From assembly GCF_036917655.1 (NCBI RefSeq), contig NZ_JBALCY010000076.1:105464-169463 (forward strand): a stretch of DNA of 64,000 bases. Direction: 5' to 3'. Shown here in pieces: positions 31,044-40,825 of the stretch. The DNA comes from Nostoc sp. Lineage in GTDB: Bacteria > Cyanobacteriota > Cyanobacteriia > Cyanobacteriales > Nostocaceae. Numbering within the stretch: position 1 is the stretch's first letter; every line of letters starts with the position of its first letter. Under the pieces are notes generated by a model that saw only the letters and a program-made list of their open reading frames with translations, was not told the DNA's origin and did no database searches. A program made the translations under genes and the position numbers.

Positions 31044-31748
31044 ATGGCTGTAATTCGCTTAATTCTATTGGTGGCGGTACTGGGAGGACTAACGCTGTTG
31101 TTAGCCCAAAATTGGTCACCTGCCCTATCGCTAGTATTTTTGGGCGTGCGAACTCAACCATTACCACTAGCGATATGGATTTTGTTCAGTACTGCCACTG
31201 GTGCTTTCACATCTATATTGATTGCTACCTTGTTTAACTTATCCAATTATTTTGTGGCAGGACAACGCCAAACTCCTAACCGCCGAAGCGCAACTTCGCC
31301 TCGTGCGAAGGCAACCCAAAGAGAAGAACCTACATCTCGTCCTGCCAGTTCTCCACCGCCAGCTAGTAAAAAAGAACAGCCTAGCAGTGATGTATTTGAT
31401 GATTGGGAGACAAATGGCAGTAGAGATGATGATTGGAACTTTGATGAAAAGTCAGACGAAGCGCCTACCCCTAATCCTCAAGCTCAACAGTCTAGAGACT
31501 CAACAACTTACGAACGTCAATCAGAAGCCAAAAGTAGTTCTAAATCTGGTTCAGTTTACTCCTACAGCTACCGTGAGCCAAAAAATACGGCTGCGGGAAA
31601 AACTGAATCAATTTACGATGCTGATTACCGGGTAATCATCCCCCCTTATCAGCAGCCGCCGACTACCAATCAAGCGGATGATGATGATTGGGAATTTTTT
31701 GATGATGAGGATGATTTTGAGGATGATGATAAACGCTCCCGTCGGTGA
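31044..31748 (+). CDS. Membrane protein with a LapA/DUF1049-like two-TM N-terminus and a disordered, highly acidic C-terminal tail
   Basis: MAVIRLILLVAVLGGLTLLLAQNW ... a second TM helix, then a P/S/D/E-rich tail ending DDDWEFFDDEDDFEDDD. Confidence 0.6.
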   Translation: MAVIRLILLVAVLGGLTLLLAQNWSPALSLVFLGVRTQPLPLAIWILFSTATGAFTSILIATLFNLSNYFVAGQRQTPNRRSATSPRAKATQREEPTSRPASSPPPASKKEQPSSDVFDDWETNGSRDDDWNFDEKSDEAPTPNPQAQQSRDSTTYERQSEAKSSSKSGSVYSYSYREPKNTAAGKTESIYDADYRVIIPPYQQPPTTNQADDDDWEFFDDEDDFEDDDKRSRR

Positions 31749-31767
31749 GATATAGAAGGTTAGGTCT

Positions 31768-31995
31768 CTACTTGATGCCACACCGCTCTCTAGACTCCTG
31801 CTTGACCTTACCAGTCATGGCAGCTTCCTGCAAAGTCATGAAAGCATTAAAATCTTCCAGGTCATACCGGGTAGCCAACAGTTGTCGTAGTTGATTTTCA
31901 GCTTCCACTGTCAAATAGCCAGTTGCTAAAGCTTTTTGTACAACGTCACGAATTCGAGTCATAGTTGACACCTCATTCATACTATATTTATTCAT
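31768..31995 (-). CDS. Small conserved hypothetical protein
   Basis: 75-aa ORF with helical, non-repetitive composition (IRDVVQKALATGYLTVEAENQLRQLLATRYDLEDFNAFMTLQEAA). The start is uncertain (several Met codons). Confidence 0.45.
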   Translation of the reverse strand: MNKYSMNEVSTMTRIRDVVQKALATGYLTVEAENQLRQLLATRYDLEDFNAFMTLQEAAMTGKVKQESRERCGIK

Positions 31996-32896
31996 TCAGG
32001 CTTATTGGGGTGAAATATGCAGTAGTCTTTGTGCCGAAACTTCAACTTTGCAAGGTTTTTTTGGGCAATCGCGGTAAATAAGTCATCATTTACACCTTTA
32101 TCAGAAAGATTTAATTGAGCGAGGCTTGTTATAACTGAACTTTTAGAATAAATATGTTGTGCTGTTGGTAACACAGTATTGTGTATACTTAAAATTACCC
32201 ACCAGAGTAAAAATCCTGATTATTTAAATAGACAGAAATTGTGTGGATAAAGTTTCAAACAAGCTATGTTAATTTTTTCGTTAACCATAGCGATCGCTAT
32301 GCAGCAATTACCAAGTTACTTCAGGAAAATTGCTACATTCCTTAGAAATTTATCGCTGATTATTTATGGTAATTTCACGGAATAATCCTTCATCTATTGC
32401 ATAAGTTACTTTAAATACATTAATAACGGCAGTTAATTCAACTCAAATAGAAGATGAATTTGTAGAAATTAAAACCAATTGGGAGTTAGGAAATTTATAC
32501 GTAAATTTGATGTCCGTAAAGGCAAAAGCCTTGAAAAACATTGAAAATAGATTTATCAGAGGTTTACTTTGTAGTTGTATTCCTGCGGAAATTACTAATG
32601 TCGGTTATCAAAGTCGTAGTAGCAGTACTGTTAGAGTTTATCTTTCTAATTGATTATATAAATACATAGAAGAAATGCTGAGTAACCAAACTAGATACTC
32701 AGTCAAGGTGAAAAACTGGAGTCGCGTGACTCACTTATTATCAAAAGCTAGGTATAAAAAAGTTTGATTACAAGGCCAGCCAGAAATCACCGGACAAAAA
32801 ACTAACAGAGGACAAGAGATTGTTTGCGCGTTTGATGTGTTTTGGTTGGATAGCAGTCATATAATGTTGGTTGAGGAACGAAACCCAACCTCCGAG

Positions 32897-33421
32897 CTAA
32901 AACTCTCCGAAAAAAGGGCCGCTTTTGATAGTGCCATCAGGCATAGTAGTATCGTAAACAAAATTTCCATAACTCCAAATAATGTTTGGAGCGATGTAAG
33001 CATTTCGGAAGTTAGTTTTAATCAGAATAGCGAACTCGAAACTACTGATGTTTGCTCCACAAAAGAAAGCGCTAGTAGCATTCATCTGAGCCAAGTTCGT
33101 TCCTCGCAAATCAGCTTCATGCAAACTACACCAATGCAAGTTGGCAGAATACAAATTAGCATCCCTGACAATAGCGCGTTTCAACCAAGCGCTTTCCAAA
33201 GAAACACCAAACAAATCGGCTCCAGTCAAATCAGCTTCACTCAAATCGGCTTGTCTCAAATAGGCTCCGCGCAAGTTGATATCTCGCAAAATAGCTTTTT
33301 GGAGGTCGATCATGTTATCTTGAGGTTCCTCAGCAGATTGGATCAACTCAATCCCTCGAAAATCTCGCTCTCCATCAGCATACCGAGCCAACAACTCCTC
33401 AGCAGTAATTTCCCAAGGCAT
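32897..33421 (-). CDS. Pentapeptide-repeat protein
   Basis: Runs of A(D/N)LxG-type pentapeptides (LRGAYLRQADLSEADLTGADLFGVSLESAWL...). Confidence 0.85.
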   Translation of the reverse strand: MPWEITAEELLARYADGERDFRGIELIQSAEEPQDNMIDLQKAILRDINLRGAYLRQADLSEADLTGADLFGVSLESAWLKRAIVRDANLYSANLHWCSLHEADLRGTNLAQMNATSAFFCGANISSFEFAILIKTNFRNAYIAPNIIWSYGNFVYDTTMPDGTIKSGPFFGEF

Positions 33422-33598
33422 GATTTAATACCAATTCTTTAAAATCCGGCAACAGATAGAACATCAAGTATATGCCTGCACCCAACAATTGATGCAATCA
33501 AAGTGGGAGCATCCCAAACTTAAACTAAGACATTTAAAGTAGAGTAAAAAGTTAGGATTTAAAAGTTAAGAAAATTCATAATTGGAGCGAAGCGACTG

Positions 33599-34144
33599 GT
33601 GGGCAGTTTATTACAAGGAGTCAATCTGTACTTAATTGGGATCATGGGCGTTGGTAAGACGACAGTAGGGCGCTTACTGGCAAAGGAATTGGCTTATGGG
33701 TTTGTGGATACCGATAATGTCATTGCCCAAGCAACAGGTAAATCTATCAATCAGTTATTTGCAGAAGTTGGTGAAGCCCGGTTTCGCCAGTTAGAAAGCG
33801 ACGTGCTTTCACAAGTTTGTGCTTTTACAAAGTTGACTATAGCAACCGGTGGAGGCATTGTAATGCGGCGAGAAAATTGGGGTTACTTGCACCACGGTTT
33901 GATAGTGTGGCTAGATGCGCCAGTGGAGATAATTTACAGCCGTTTAGCTGAGGATACCACAAGACCACTCTTGCAAGATGTTGATTCTAAAGGTAAATTG
34001 CGATCGCTCCTCGAACAACGAACACCACTTTATTCTCAAGCCGATTTGCACATCATTGAGCGAGAGGGAGATACACCTGAAGACGTTGCCAAGCGAGTAC
34101 TTGAGGCAATTCCTAGCGTTCTCAAAACACAAGTTTCTCATTAG
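33599..34144 (+). CDS. aroK: Shikimate kinase
   Basis: GTG start, P-loop IGIMGVGKTTVGRLLAKEL, D(T)D, and GGG in TGGGIVMR. Confidence 0.9.
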   Translation: MGSLLQGVNLYLIGIMGVGKTTVGRLLAKELAYGFVDTDNVIAQATGKSINQLFAEVGEARFRQLESDVLSQVCAFTKLTIATGGGIVMRRENWGYLHHGLIVWLDAPVEIIYSRLAEDTTRPLLQDVDSKGKLRSLLEQRTPLYSQADLHIIEREGDTPEDVAKRVLEAIPSVLKTQVSH

Positions 34145-34155
34145 GAAGACTCAAG

Positions 34156-34764
34156 TTACCAAATTTTGGCCATCCGTAGGATAAACCCTGGTAATTCTGG
34201 ATTACCACTAACTGCTTCGGGATTTTCCAAAACTTCAAGTTGCCGATTCGGACGGTAAATGCAGACTTTTCGATTCTGCCGATCAATTAACCAGCCTAGT
34301 GATGCACCGTTATCGATATACTCCTGCATTTTGTCTTGTAATTTTATCAGCCGGTCGCTAGAGGAGCGTAACTCAATCACAAAGCTGGGACAAATTGGTG
34401 CAAATGAGGCTTTTTGTGCATCTGTTAAGGCGTTCCAACGCTCCAGTTCAATCCAAGAAGCATCAGGGGAACGCATTGCTCCATTAGGTAGCGTAAAACC
34501 TGTACTGGAGTCAAAGCCTATGCCAGTGCCATCTTCTTCAGTCCAATTCCCAAGCTGTGCAGCAATGTTAAAGTTACGGTTGCCCGTATCTGAAAAAGCT
34601 GGTGGCATGATGATGACTTCCCCATTGGCAGTACGCTCAATTCGTAAATCTCCATTGGCTTGGCAGAATTCATAGAACTGCTCAGTTGTCATCTGCACAA
34701 GTGAGGGGAAATTTACCGTTAAGGGTGTGCTTTCAGTTTGAATTAGCAGCGTGGTCATTTTCAT
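34156..34764 (-). CDS. Uma2-family (DUF820) PD-(D/E)xK putative endonuclease
   Basis: RIERTANGEVIIMPP ... PDASWI ... PSFVIELRSSSD pattern characteristic of Uma2 proteins, which are abundant in cyanobacteria. Confidence 0.8.
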   Translation of the reverse strand: MKMTTLLIQTESTPLTVNFPSLVQMTTEQFYEFCQANGDLRIERTANGEVIIMPPAFSDTGNRNFNIAAQLGNWTEEDGTGIGFDSSTGFTLPNGAMRSPDASWIELERWNALTDAQKASFAPICPSFVIELRSSSDRLIKLQDKMQEYIDNGASLGWLIDRQNRKVCIYRPNRQLEVLENPEAVSGNPELPGFILRMAKIW

Positions 34765-34940
34765 TCCCTAGCTTCAGCCGAATGATTTCAATTTTAGAGG
34801 CTTGAAGGTGCGATCGCCTAATATCTGTTATGTTTGCAACGCGAGGTTTGAGTCGATAATAAAGGTATTGAATCGGCGAACTGGTTGCCGACAGTTTTCC
34901 TAAAATAGCACTGTGACTCCACACAGAAACGGAGAATTGT

Positions 34941-35420
34941 TTACCCTTCAACCCAATCTGGGCCAACAAAAATCCTACCACTGGGCATAATAGTATTGTG
35001 GTAGAAAGCCCCATGAGCGTGACCAAAGGAACCAATAGTTCCTCGAAGATTGGCATTTTCCAAGTTAGCACCAACTACGGAAGCTTCAGCAACATTAGCA
35101 CCCTCTAGATTGGCACCACTCAAGTTAGCTCCATCTAAGAAGGCGTAACTCAGATTAGCGCCCTCCAGATTAGCACCACTTAGGTTAACCCCCAACAATT
35201 TAGCACCAGTCAAGTTAGCTCCAGCCAAGTTGATTCCGCTCAAATTAGGATCATCTAAGGAAATATCAACAAACTCTTTTTCTCCAGCAGCAATGCGTTT
35301 GAGCAATTCTTCAGTACTTGTATTGGGTGTGAAGAATCTATTGAGAAATTCAATATCTCCAGTATCAAAACGTCGGTTTAGTTCTCTTCTTTCTTCCGCT
35401 CTTCTTGTGTCTTCATCCAT
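34941..35420 (-). CDS. Pentapeptide-repeat protein
   Basis: NLSGINLAGANLTGAKLLGVNLSGANLEGANLSYAFLDGANLSGANLEGANV. Confidence 0.85.
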   Translation of the reverse strand: MDEDTRRAEERRELNRRFDTGDIEFLNRFFTPNTSTEELLKRIAAGEKEFVDISLDDPNLSGINLAGANLTGAKLLGVNLSGANLEGANLSYAFLDGANLSGANLEGANVAEASVVGANLENANLRGTIGSFGHAHGAFYHNTIMPSGRIFVGPDWVEG

Positions 35421-35489
35421 CGCTCAGAAATTGTATTCATTCAATACCAGTACAAATATACTCAACTTTGGTATCAGAGATTGTGACGA

Positions 35490-35599
35490 GTTACAAAGTC
35501 TTCTACACTGACTGGAATAGGTTTTAACTCTCTCTGTTAGGCTGCTCATGACGGTCAACGATTCTGAATACATCAGGCAAGCTGAAGCTACTTGTGTAC
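35490..35599 (+). repeat. Direct repeat copy A: pseudo-copy of the argB promoter-proximal region plus the first ~17 codons
   Basis: 103 of 110 positions are identical to 36482..36591, including the ATG (35548) and MT(V/D)NDSEYIRQ(A/T)EAT. The downstream sequence diverges and runs antisense into vapC. Confidence 0.85.
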
Positions 35600-35608
35600 A
35601 AGACGTAT

Positions 35609-35998
35609 TCACCAAGCTACTGTTTGTAGGTTTTCAACCTCTTGAAAATGAGTATCTCGCGTAACAAGAATTAAATTATACTGAATTGCAACAGATGCAA
35701 TCCAAATATCATTTTCGGGTAATGGACGACCTTTGAGGCGCAATTTATTCTTAACTTCACCATATTTACGGGCAGTTTCTACATCACATCCAATGACCGT
35801 ATTTATGGCAATAAATTCCTCAATACGTTCTAAATTTCCTTGCGATCGCCCTGATTTTCTTGCACCGTAAAATAATTCACCAATAGCAACACTGGGAATA
35901 AAAATTTCTTCTGCATTTCCCATCTGATTATTTACTGCTCTATCATTTGCAAATAAAGCAATAATAATATTAGTGTCAAGCAGGTATCTACCACTCAT
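35609..35998 (-). CDS. vapC: Type II toxin VapC (PIN-domain ribonuclease)
   Basis: YLLDTNIIIALF N-terminal acidic motif, a later TRD..F motif, 129 aa. It overlaps the upstream antitoxin gene by 11 nt. Confidence 0.85.
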   Translation of the reverse strand: MSGRYLLDTNIIIALFANDRAVNNQMGNAEEIFIPSVAIGELFYGARKSGRSQGNLERIEEFIAINTVIGCDVETARKYGEVKNKLRLKGRPLPENDIWIASVAIQYNLILVTRDTHFQEVENLQTVAW

Positions 35999-36215
35999 CT
36001 ATATCTACCTGTTCGCAATCTTGTTCAATTGCTTCGCGCATCAACTGAATATCATTTGGCGATATTGTTCCGGTAAAATGTAATAATCGTCTACCTGGAA
36101 CACCATGAATTTGCGAACCTACTAAAGTTCTGGCAAACTCCAATACTCGATATTGCAAGTCTTCAGGCATAACTTTTAATTCTTCAATTAGCCGATCGAG
36201 AATCGATGTATCCAT
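35988..36215 (-). CDS. Type II antitoxin partner of VapC
   Basis: 75-aa ORF translationally coupled to vapC. The family was not identified by eye. Confidence 0.6.
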   Translation of the reverse strand: MDTSILDRLIEELKVMPEDLQYRVLEFARTLVGSQIHGVPGRRLLHFTGTISPNDIQLMREAIEQDCEQVDIDEW

Positions 36216-36481
36216 ATTTCTCCTAATAATTTTCGATTCGGGTTGCTAGTCCTTATTTTAGGATAGTAGAATCGCAATTCATGGACTTTAAAAGTACTGA
36301 AGGAAGAAGAAGACGATCTAAAAACCATTTTACAATTCAGAACTACAGGATAAATTCCAGGAAAATCAGGGAACCTTACAAAAAAATAATTGTCTTCTTC
36401 AGACCATGAATCAGCTTTGAAATCGCCAAAATATTAACTAAACTTACTTCTTTCCTCTCGCCTCTGGCCTTATTGTTACAG

Positions 36482-36591
36482 GTTACAAAATCTTCTACAC
36501 TGACTGAAATAGGTTTTAACTCTCTCTGTTAGGCTCCTCATGACGGACAACGATTCTGAATACATCAGGCAAACTGAAGCCACTCGTGTAC
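36482..36591 (+). repeat. Direct repeat copy B (authentic argB 5' region)
   Basis: See 35490..35599. Confidence 0.85.
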
Positions 36592-37436
36592 GTGTACTAA
36601 GCGAAGCACTACCTTATATTCAACAATTCGCCGGTCGCACTGTTGTTGTCAAATATGGTGGCGCAGCGATGAAAGATAGCACACTTAAAGACAAAGTTAT
36701 CCGCGATATTGTATTCTTATCCTGTGTGGGCTTGCGTCCAATTGTAGTCCACGGCGGTGGCCCAGAAATTAATAGTTGGTTAGATAAGCTGGGCATCGAA
36801 CCACAATTTAAGAATGGTCTGCGAGTCACTGATGCCGCCACAATGGATGTGGTGGAAATGGTTTTAGTTGGTCGAGTTAACAAAGAAATTGTCGCCCTAA
36901 TTAACCAAGCTGGTGGATTGGCTGTAGGACTTTGCGGTAAAGACGGTAATCTATTTACAGCCCGTCCCCAAGGTCAAGAAGGCATCGGTTTTGTGGGGGA
37001 AGTCAGCAATGTGAATATCAAGATTTTGGACACCCTCGCTAGCAATGGCTATATTCCGGTAGTGTCCAGCGTCGCCGCAGACGAAACAGGGCAAGCTTAT
37101 AACATTAACGCCGATACTGTAGCTGGAGAAATCGCTGCTGCACTAGGAGCAGAAAAGTTAATTTTACTGACCGACACCAGTGGAATTTTAAAAGATTACA
37201 AAGACCCATCTACTTTGATTCCGAAAGTAGATATCCGCGAAGCCCGCGAGTTGATTGCTGATGGTATAGTTAGCGGTGGGATGATTCCCAAAGTAAGTTG
37301 TTGTGTGCGATCGCTTGCTCAAGGAGTCCGTGCAGCACATATCATCGATGGTCGCATTCCCCACGCCCTGTTACTAGAAATCTTTACTGATGTTGGGATT
37401 GGGACGATGATTCTCGGTTCGCAGTTTACTTCATAG
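36540..37436 (+). CDS. argB: Acetylglutamate kinase
   Basis: [18 protein letters not shown] and NINADT motifs, 298 aa. Confidence 0.95.
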   Translation: MTDNDSEYIRQTEATRVRVLSEALPYIQQFAGRTVVVKYGGAAMKDSTLKDKVIRDIVFLSCVGLRPIVVHGGGPEINSWLDKLGIEPQFKNGLRVTDAATMDVVEMVLVGRVNKEIVALINQAGGLAVGLCGKDGNLFTARPQGQEGIGFVGEVSNVNIKILDTLASNGYIPVVSSVAADETGQAYNINADTVAGEIAAALGAEKLILLTDTSGILKDYKDPSTLIPKVDIREARELIADGIVSGGMIPKVSCCVRSLAQGVRAAHIIDGRIPHALLLEIFTDVGIGTMILGSQFTS

Positions 37437-37517
37437 GAGTGAGGAGTACAGACGCGATTAATCGCGTCTCCTGTACAGGAGTTAGGAGTTTTCCTTCTCT
37501 GCTCCACACTCCCTACT

Positions 37518-38015
37518 CTAGCGGGGATAGGTAATAATTACCCGCGATCGCCCACCGCTAAATGGTGTACGACGCCATGAATTATTGATAATCACCGGAT
37601 TAACTACGGTTGAGTCTCGAATTGTCGGATTAATCAAAGTTGGATTAATCAGGGTGGAATTTCTCACGTTCTCCCTTACCTGGGGATAATAAGAATCGGG
37701 CTGCCTTACCTGGGGATAGTAAGAATCGGGCTGCCTTACCTGGGGATAGTAAGAATCGGGGTAATAATTGCGTTGTGGCATTAGTCCCGTTGCTGGGTCT
37801 ACAGGCATAGGTGTGGGAATCGGACTACCATAAATAAAGGAACCGACAGCAGGCGATGTCTGACGACAAGCTGCTCCGCAGCTACGCCTGACTCCATAAC
37901 CACCATCAATCACGATCACAGGCTGGGCCCAAGCTGGAGCAATGCTTACACCCATAACTGCTAAAGTCATACCTGCTAGGAGCCAATTTAGTTGCGAATG
38001 CTTGATTTTCAACAT
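37518..38015 (-). CDS. Secreted protein with tandem DSYYPQVRQP decapeptide repeats
   Basis: Signal peptide ...APAWAQP and three consecutive YYPQVRQPDS units. The DNA shows the matching 30-bp repeats at about 37675..37765. Confidence 0.55.
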   Translation of the reverse strand: MLKIKHSQLNWLLAGMTLAVMGVSIAPAWAQPVIVIDGGYGVRRSCGAACRQTSPAVGSFIYGSPIPTPMPVDPATGLMPQRNYYPDSYYPQVRQPDSYYPQVRQPDSYYPQVRENVRNSTLINPTLINPTIRDSTVVNPVIINNSWRRTPFSGGRSRVIITYPR

Positions 38016-38183
38016 ATTTTGCTCACCTGCATTTGATACCGGAATTTTTAATCAGAAAATAGTCGCAGCTACCTATTAAAATTTTAGAAGTTTATCAACT
38101 CTCAGATTGCCAGCCTTTGAAAAGATTCCAAAAAGATTGCTGGCATTGGCAAAATTAAAACAGTGCTGATTTGTATATAAGAC

Positions 38184-38726
38184 GTGAGTGCAGAAAGTTT
38201 AGAAATTGCTAAAACCCGCTACCAGACTGGCAAAGTTGCCTTTGAAAATGGGCAATACCGCGAAGCCGTAGAAAATTTAGAAAAGGCCAGCGCCCTGTTA
38301 GCTCGTAATTCTCGCCTTGGGGGCGAAGTAGAAATTCATCTAGTGACAGCTTATGAAGCAGCTGGACGCACGGATGATGCGATCGCTCTTTGCGAAAGAC
38401 TCAAACGCCATCCCCATTTTGAAACCAGCAAACAAGCGCGACAGATGCTTTACATCTTAAAAGCACCAAAGCTGAAAAGACCCAGCGAATGGATGACCCA
38501 AATCCCCGATTTGGGTACACTACCTGATAATGAACTCAAAATTTCTGTAGCTGCTAAACCTACTAAATCTTCTGTGCAGCAGAAGCCTAAACCTACAGAG
38601 CCAGAATTAGTTGACCTCAGTCAGGTCAATACCAGAGATAATCGCTTTATCTGGGTGGCGCTAATTGCCATTGGTTTAACCATCTCGTACTTGGTTTGGT
38701 TGAGTTTTTCAGGAACCCCTGGCTGA
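38184..38726 (+). CDS. Hypothetical protein with an N-terminal TPR-like helical domain and a C-terminal TM helix
   Basis: GTG start, 180 aa. YREAVENLEKASAL ... TAYEAAGRTDDAIALCERL, then FIWVALIAIGLTISYLVWL. Confidence 0.5.
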   Translation: MSAESLEIAKTRYQTGKVAFENGQYREAVENLEKASALLARNSRLGGEVEIHLVTAYEAAGRTDDAIALCERLKRHPHFETSKQARQMLYILKAPKLKRPSEWMTQIPDLGTLPDNELKISVAAKPTKSSVQQKPKPTEPELVDLSQVNTRDNRFIWVALIAIGLTISYLVWLSFSGTPG

Positions 38727-39045
38727 TAACAATTTTGGATTTTGGATTTTAGATTTTAGATTAAAGAATCTTTTGGTTCATGTCGGACTAACGTCCCGCT
38801 ACGGGCTTTCACCCTTGTGGCTGACACAAATCCTCTCATCCAAAATTTAAAATCTTCGAGCTTCATCCGTTTATTGGTGGGGTTAATCCAAAATCCAAAA
38901 TTTAAAATCCAAAATATGTTGACTTTTGGGGAGATTTATGGTTTCAAATTCTTTAACTTTAGGAAAGATTTTCTTGTGGTTAATCAGAGCATTTAGTTTT
39001 GTGTTGAGGCTGAATGGTCGAAATCGAATCAACCGCGTCTTTCCC

Positions 39046-39825
39046 ATGCGAAATCCTATTCTGTGGCTAATGCTGTTAACATCCCTGCTACTGACTGGCT
39101 GTGTTAAGTACGATGTGGGGCTTAACTTTGACAACTCAAATAGTGGCGAACTAGTACAGCATATTAAATTGGGAGAGCGGCTAACTAGTTTTAGTGGCGA
39201 TTATGTTTACGAATGGTTGAACAGCATAGAGCGCCGCGCCCGTCAACTAGAAGGAAAAACACAGCGAGTTTCCCAAGAAGAAATCATCGTCACAATTCCT
39301 TTTAGTAGTGGTAGGGAATTGCAAGAGAAGTTCAACGAATTTTTTAACTCCCGTATTAATCAACCCTCTGAGTCTATGCAGAGCGAATCTGACTCAGAAC
39401 TGCCGAAAATTGAATCAAATGTCCTCTTGGAGCAGAATTATTTTTTACTTTTAGTCCGAAATCGGTTGATTTATGATTTGGATTTGCGATCGCTGTCTCT
39501 AATTGCCAGCAAAGGTAATGTCCTGGCTAATGCTGGTGCAATTCTCGATTTGGAATTTAGCTTGAAGACTCCTTGGGGAGCCAAAAACATTCAACTAACT
39601 GAAACTGCGATTGCGCCTGAAAAAAATGGCAATCAACTACTGTGGAAACTCCAGCCTGGTGAGCTAAACCATATAGAAGCTATATTCTGGCTTCCCAGTC
39701 CCCTTGGTATTGGTGCGTTGTTAATTATCCTGTTTGTCTGGGGAGGATTGTACTTGAGATACAATTTCATGCCAGATCCCAGAATTCAGTTTCCTGCCAA
39801 AGTAGCAGCGATTCAGGAACAGTAG
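39046..39825 (+). CDS. Conserved cyanobacterial lipoprotein with a C-terminal TM anchor (possibly DUF3153)
   Basis: Lipobox LLLTGC counted from the internal ATG at 39046, and a C-terminal hydrophobic helix LGIGALLIILFVWGGL. Confidence 0.55.
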   Translation: MRNPILWLMLLTSLLLTGCVKYDVGLNFDNSNSGELVQHIKLGERLTSFSGDYVYEWLNSIERRARQLEGKTQRVSQEEIIVTIPFSSGRELQEKFNEFFNSRINQPSESMQSESDSELPKIESNVLLEQNYFLLLVRNRLIYDLDLRSLSLIASKGNVLANAGAILDLEFSLKTPWGAKNIQLTETAIAPEKNGNQLLWKLQPGELNHIEAIFWLPSPLGIGALLIILFVWGGLYLRYNFMPDPRIQFPAKVAAIQEQ

Positions 39826-39853
39826 ACTATTCATCTATTCAATATTGTCAGCG

Positions 39854-39882
39854 AAGCCGATGCAGAATGTATCGGCTTTTTT
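39854..39882 (+). terminator. Rho-independent terminator
   Basis: aagccgat-gcagaatgt-atcggctt followed by a T run, 29 nt after the stop codon. Confidence 0.55.
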
Positions 39883-39918
39883 ACATTTCCCCCAGCTTTT
39901 TGCAAAAATACGCCTTCT

Positions 39919-40326
39919 ATGCAGGAACAACACATCAAGAAGATCAATGAGATTCTACTTGGCTACTTCTGTGGTGGTACATTACTCGACATTAACCCGA
40001 CCAAGGATAACATTCCTCTGGTTGCTGCTAACGTCCAAAAATCGACGCATTCTTTTTCGGAAGGTCAATTGCTGTACATCTATAATGGATTCTGGGGTAT
40101 GAACAAACACGCTCAAGTTGTTGGTCGCCATCGCCGCAAGCATCGACTGATCCTCGGTGTCTGCCCGATTGCGTCATTGATCAATTTCCGACCAAAACTA
40201 GTCTATGAACCAGCTGTCATCCGCAAACTGCACGGGAGATATATTCATGCCGGTATCTTTATGAGATTCTTCGATCTACCTGGTGAGTTTATTTATATTA
40301 AAGATTACATTCAAGCAATCAGTTAA
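39919..40326 (+). CDS. Hypothetical protein
   Basis: 135-aa ORF with ordinary composition. No recognisable motif, and coding status is uncertain. Confidence 0.35.
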   Translation: MQEQHIKKINEILLGYFCGGTLLDINPTKDNIPLVAANVQKSTHSFSEGQLLYIYNGFWGMNKHAQVVGRHRRKHRLILGVCPIASLINFRPKLVYEPAVIRKLHGRYIHAGIFMRFFDLPGEFIYIKDYIQAIS

Positions 40327-40691
40327 ACATTAGTGTTGCTATGTTCTCGTTGTTCGCTGCCATACCAGCGTTCAGCTAGTGCATTGAGTTTATGAAGCAC
40401 ATCAATTAATTCTTGACCACGTTCTGTAAGCCCGTAAGTTACTTGGGGTGGCACAGTTGGTTCATATTGACGATAAATAATCTTTGCTGCCTCAAGCATC
40501 CTCAGTCTTTCGGTCAGAACTTTGGTGGAGATGCCCTCGACTAAGTGCTTCAATGCACCAAAGCGAGTAGGCCCACTATTACACAACACCCACAGTATAT
40601 ACATTGTCCAGGGCCCTGATAGTAAGGACATCAGAATATTGACAGGGCAAGCATCAGGATTTTTAGAGACAGACATCGATGAGTTAGCCAA
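40323..40691 (-). CDS. HxlR-family winged-helix transcriptional regulator
   Basis: CPVNILMSLLSGPWTMYILWVL ... RFGALK ... ISTKVLTERLRMLE. It is divergent from azoR. Confidence 0.85.
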   Translation of the reverse strand: MANSSMSVSKNPDACPVNILMSLLSGPWTMYILWVLCNSGPTRFGALKHLVEGISTKVLTERLRMLEAAKIIYRQYEPTVPPQVTYGLTERGQELIDVLHKLNALAERWYGSEQREHSNTNV

Positions 40692-40825
40692 AATTGTCCA
40701 ACAGTTACTTTATGGTAACTACTTTACTTTAGTAACTAGTTACTTTTAGTATCTGATGTGATGCTTTAAAATTTAGACTCAAAAAAAGTCAAGGCAGTAA
40801 ATCCTAGCTAATCAGGAGATATCTG

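Noticed and set aside
32837-33442. 201-aa + strand ORF
   Set aside because: It lies exactly antisense to the pentapeptide-repeat gene 32897..33421. Its Ser/Ile/Gln-rich repetitive translation is a mirror artefact of the pentapeptide repeats.
34733-35074. 113-aa minus-strand ORF bridging the Uma2 and pentapeptide-repeat genes
   Set aside because: It overlaps both neighbouring genes in alternative frames and has no motif, so it is probably spurious.
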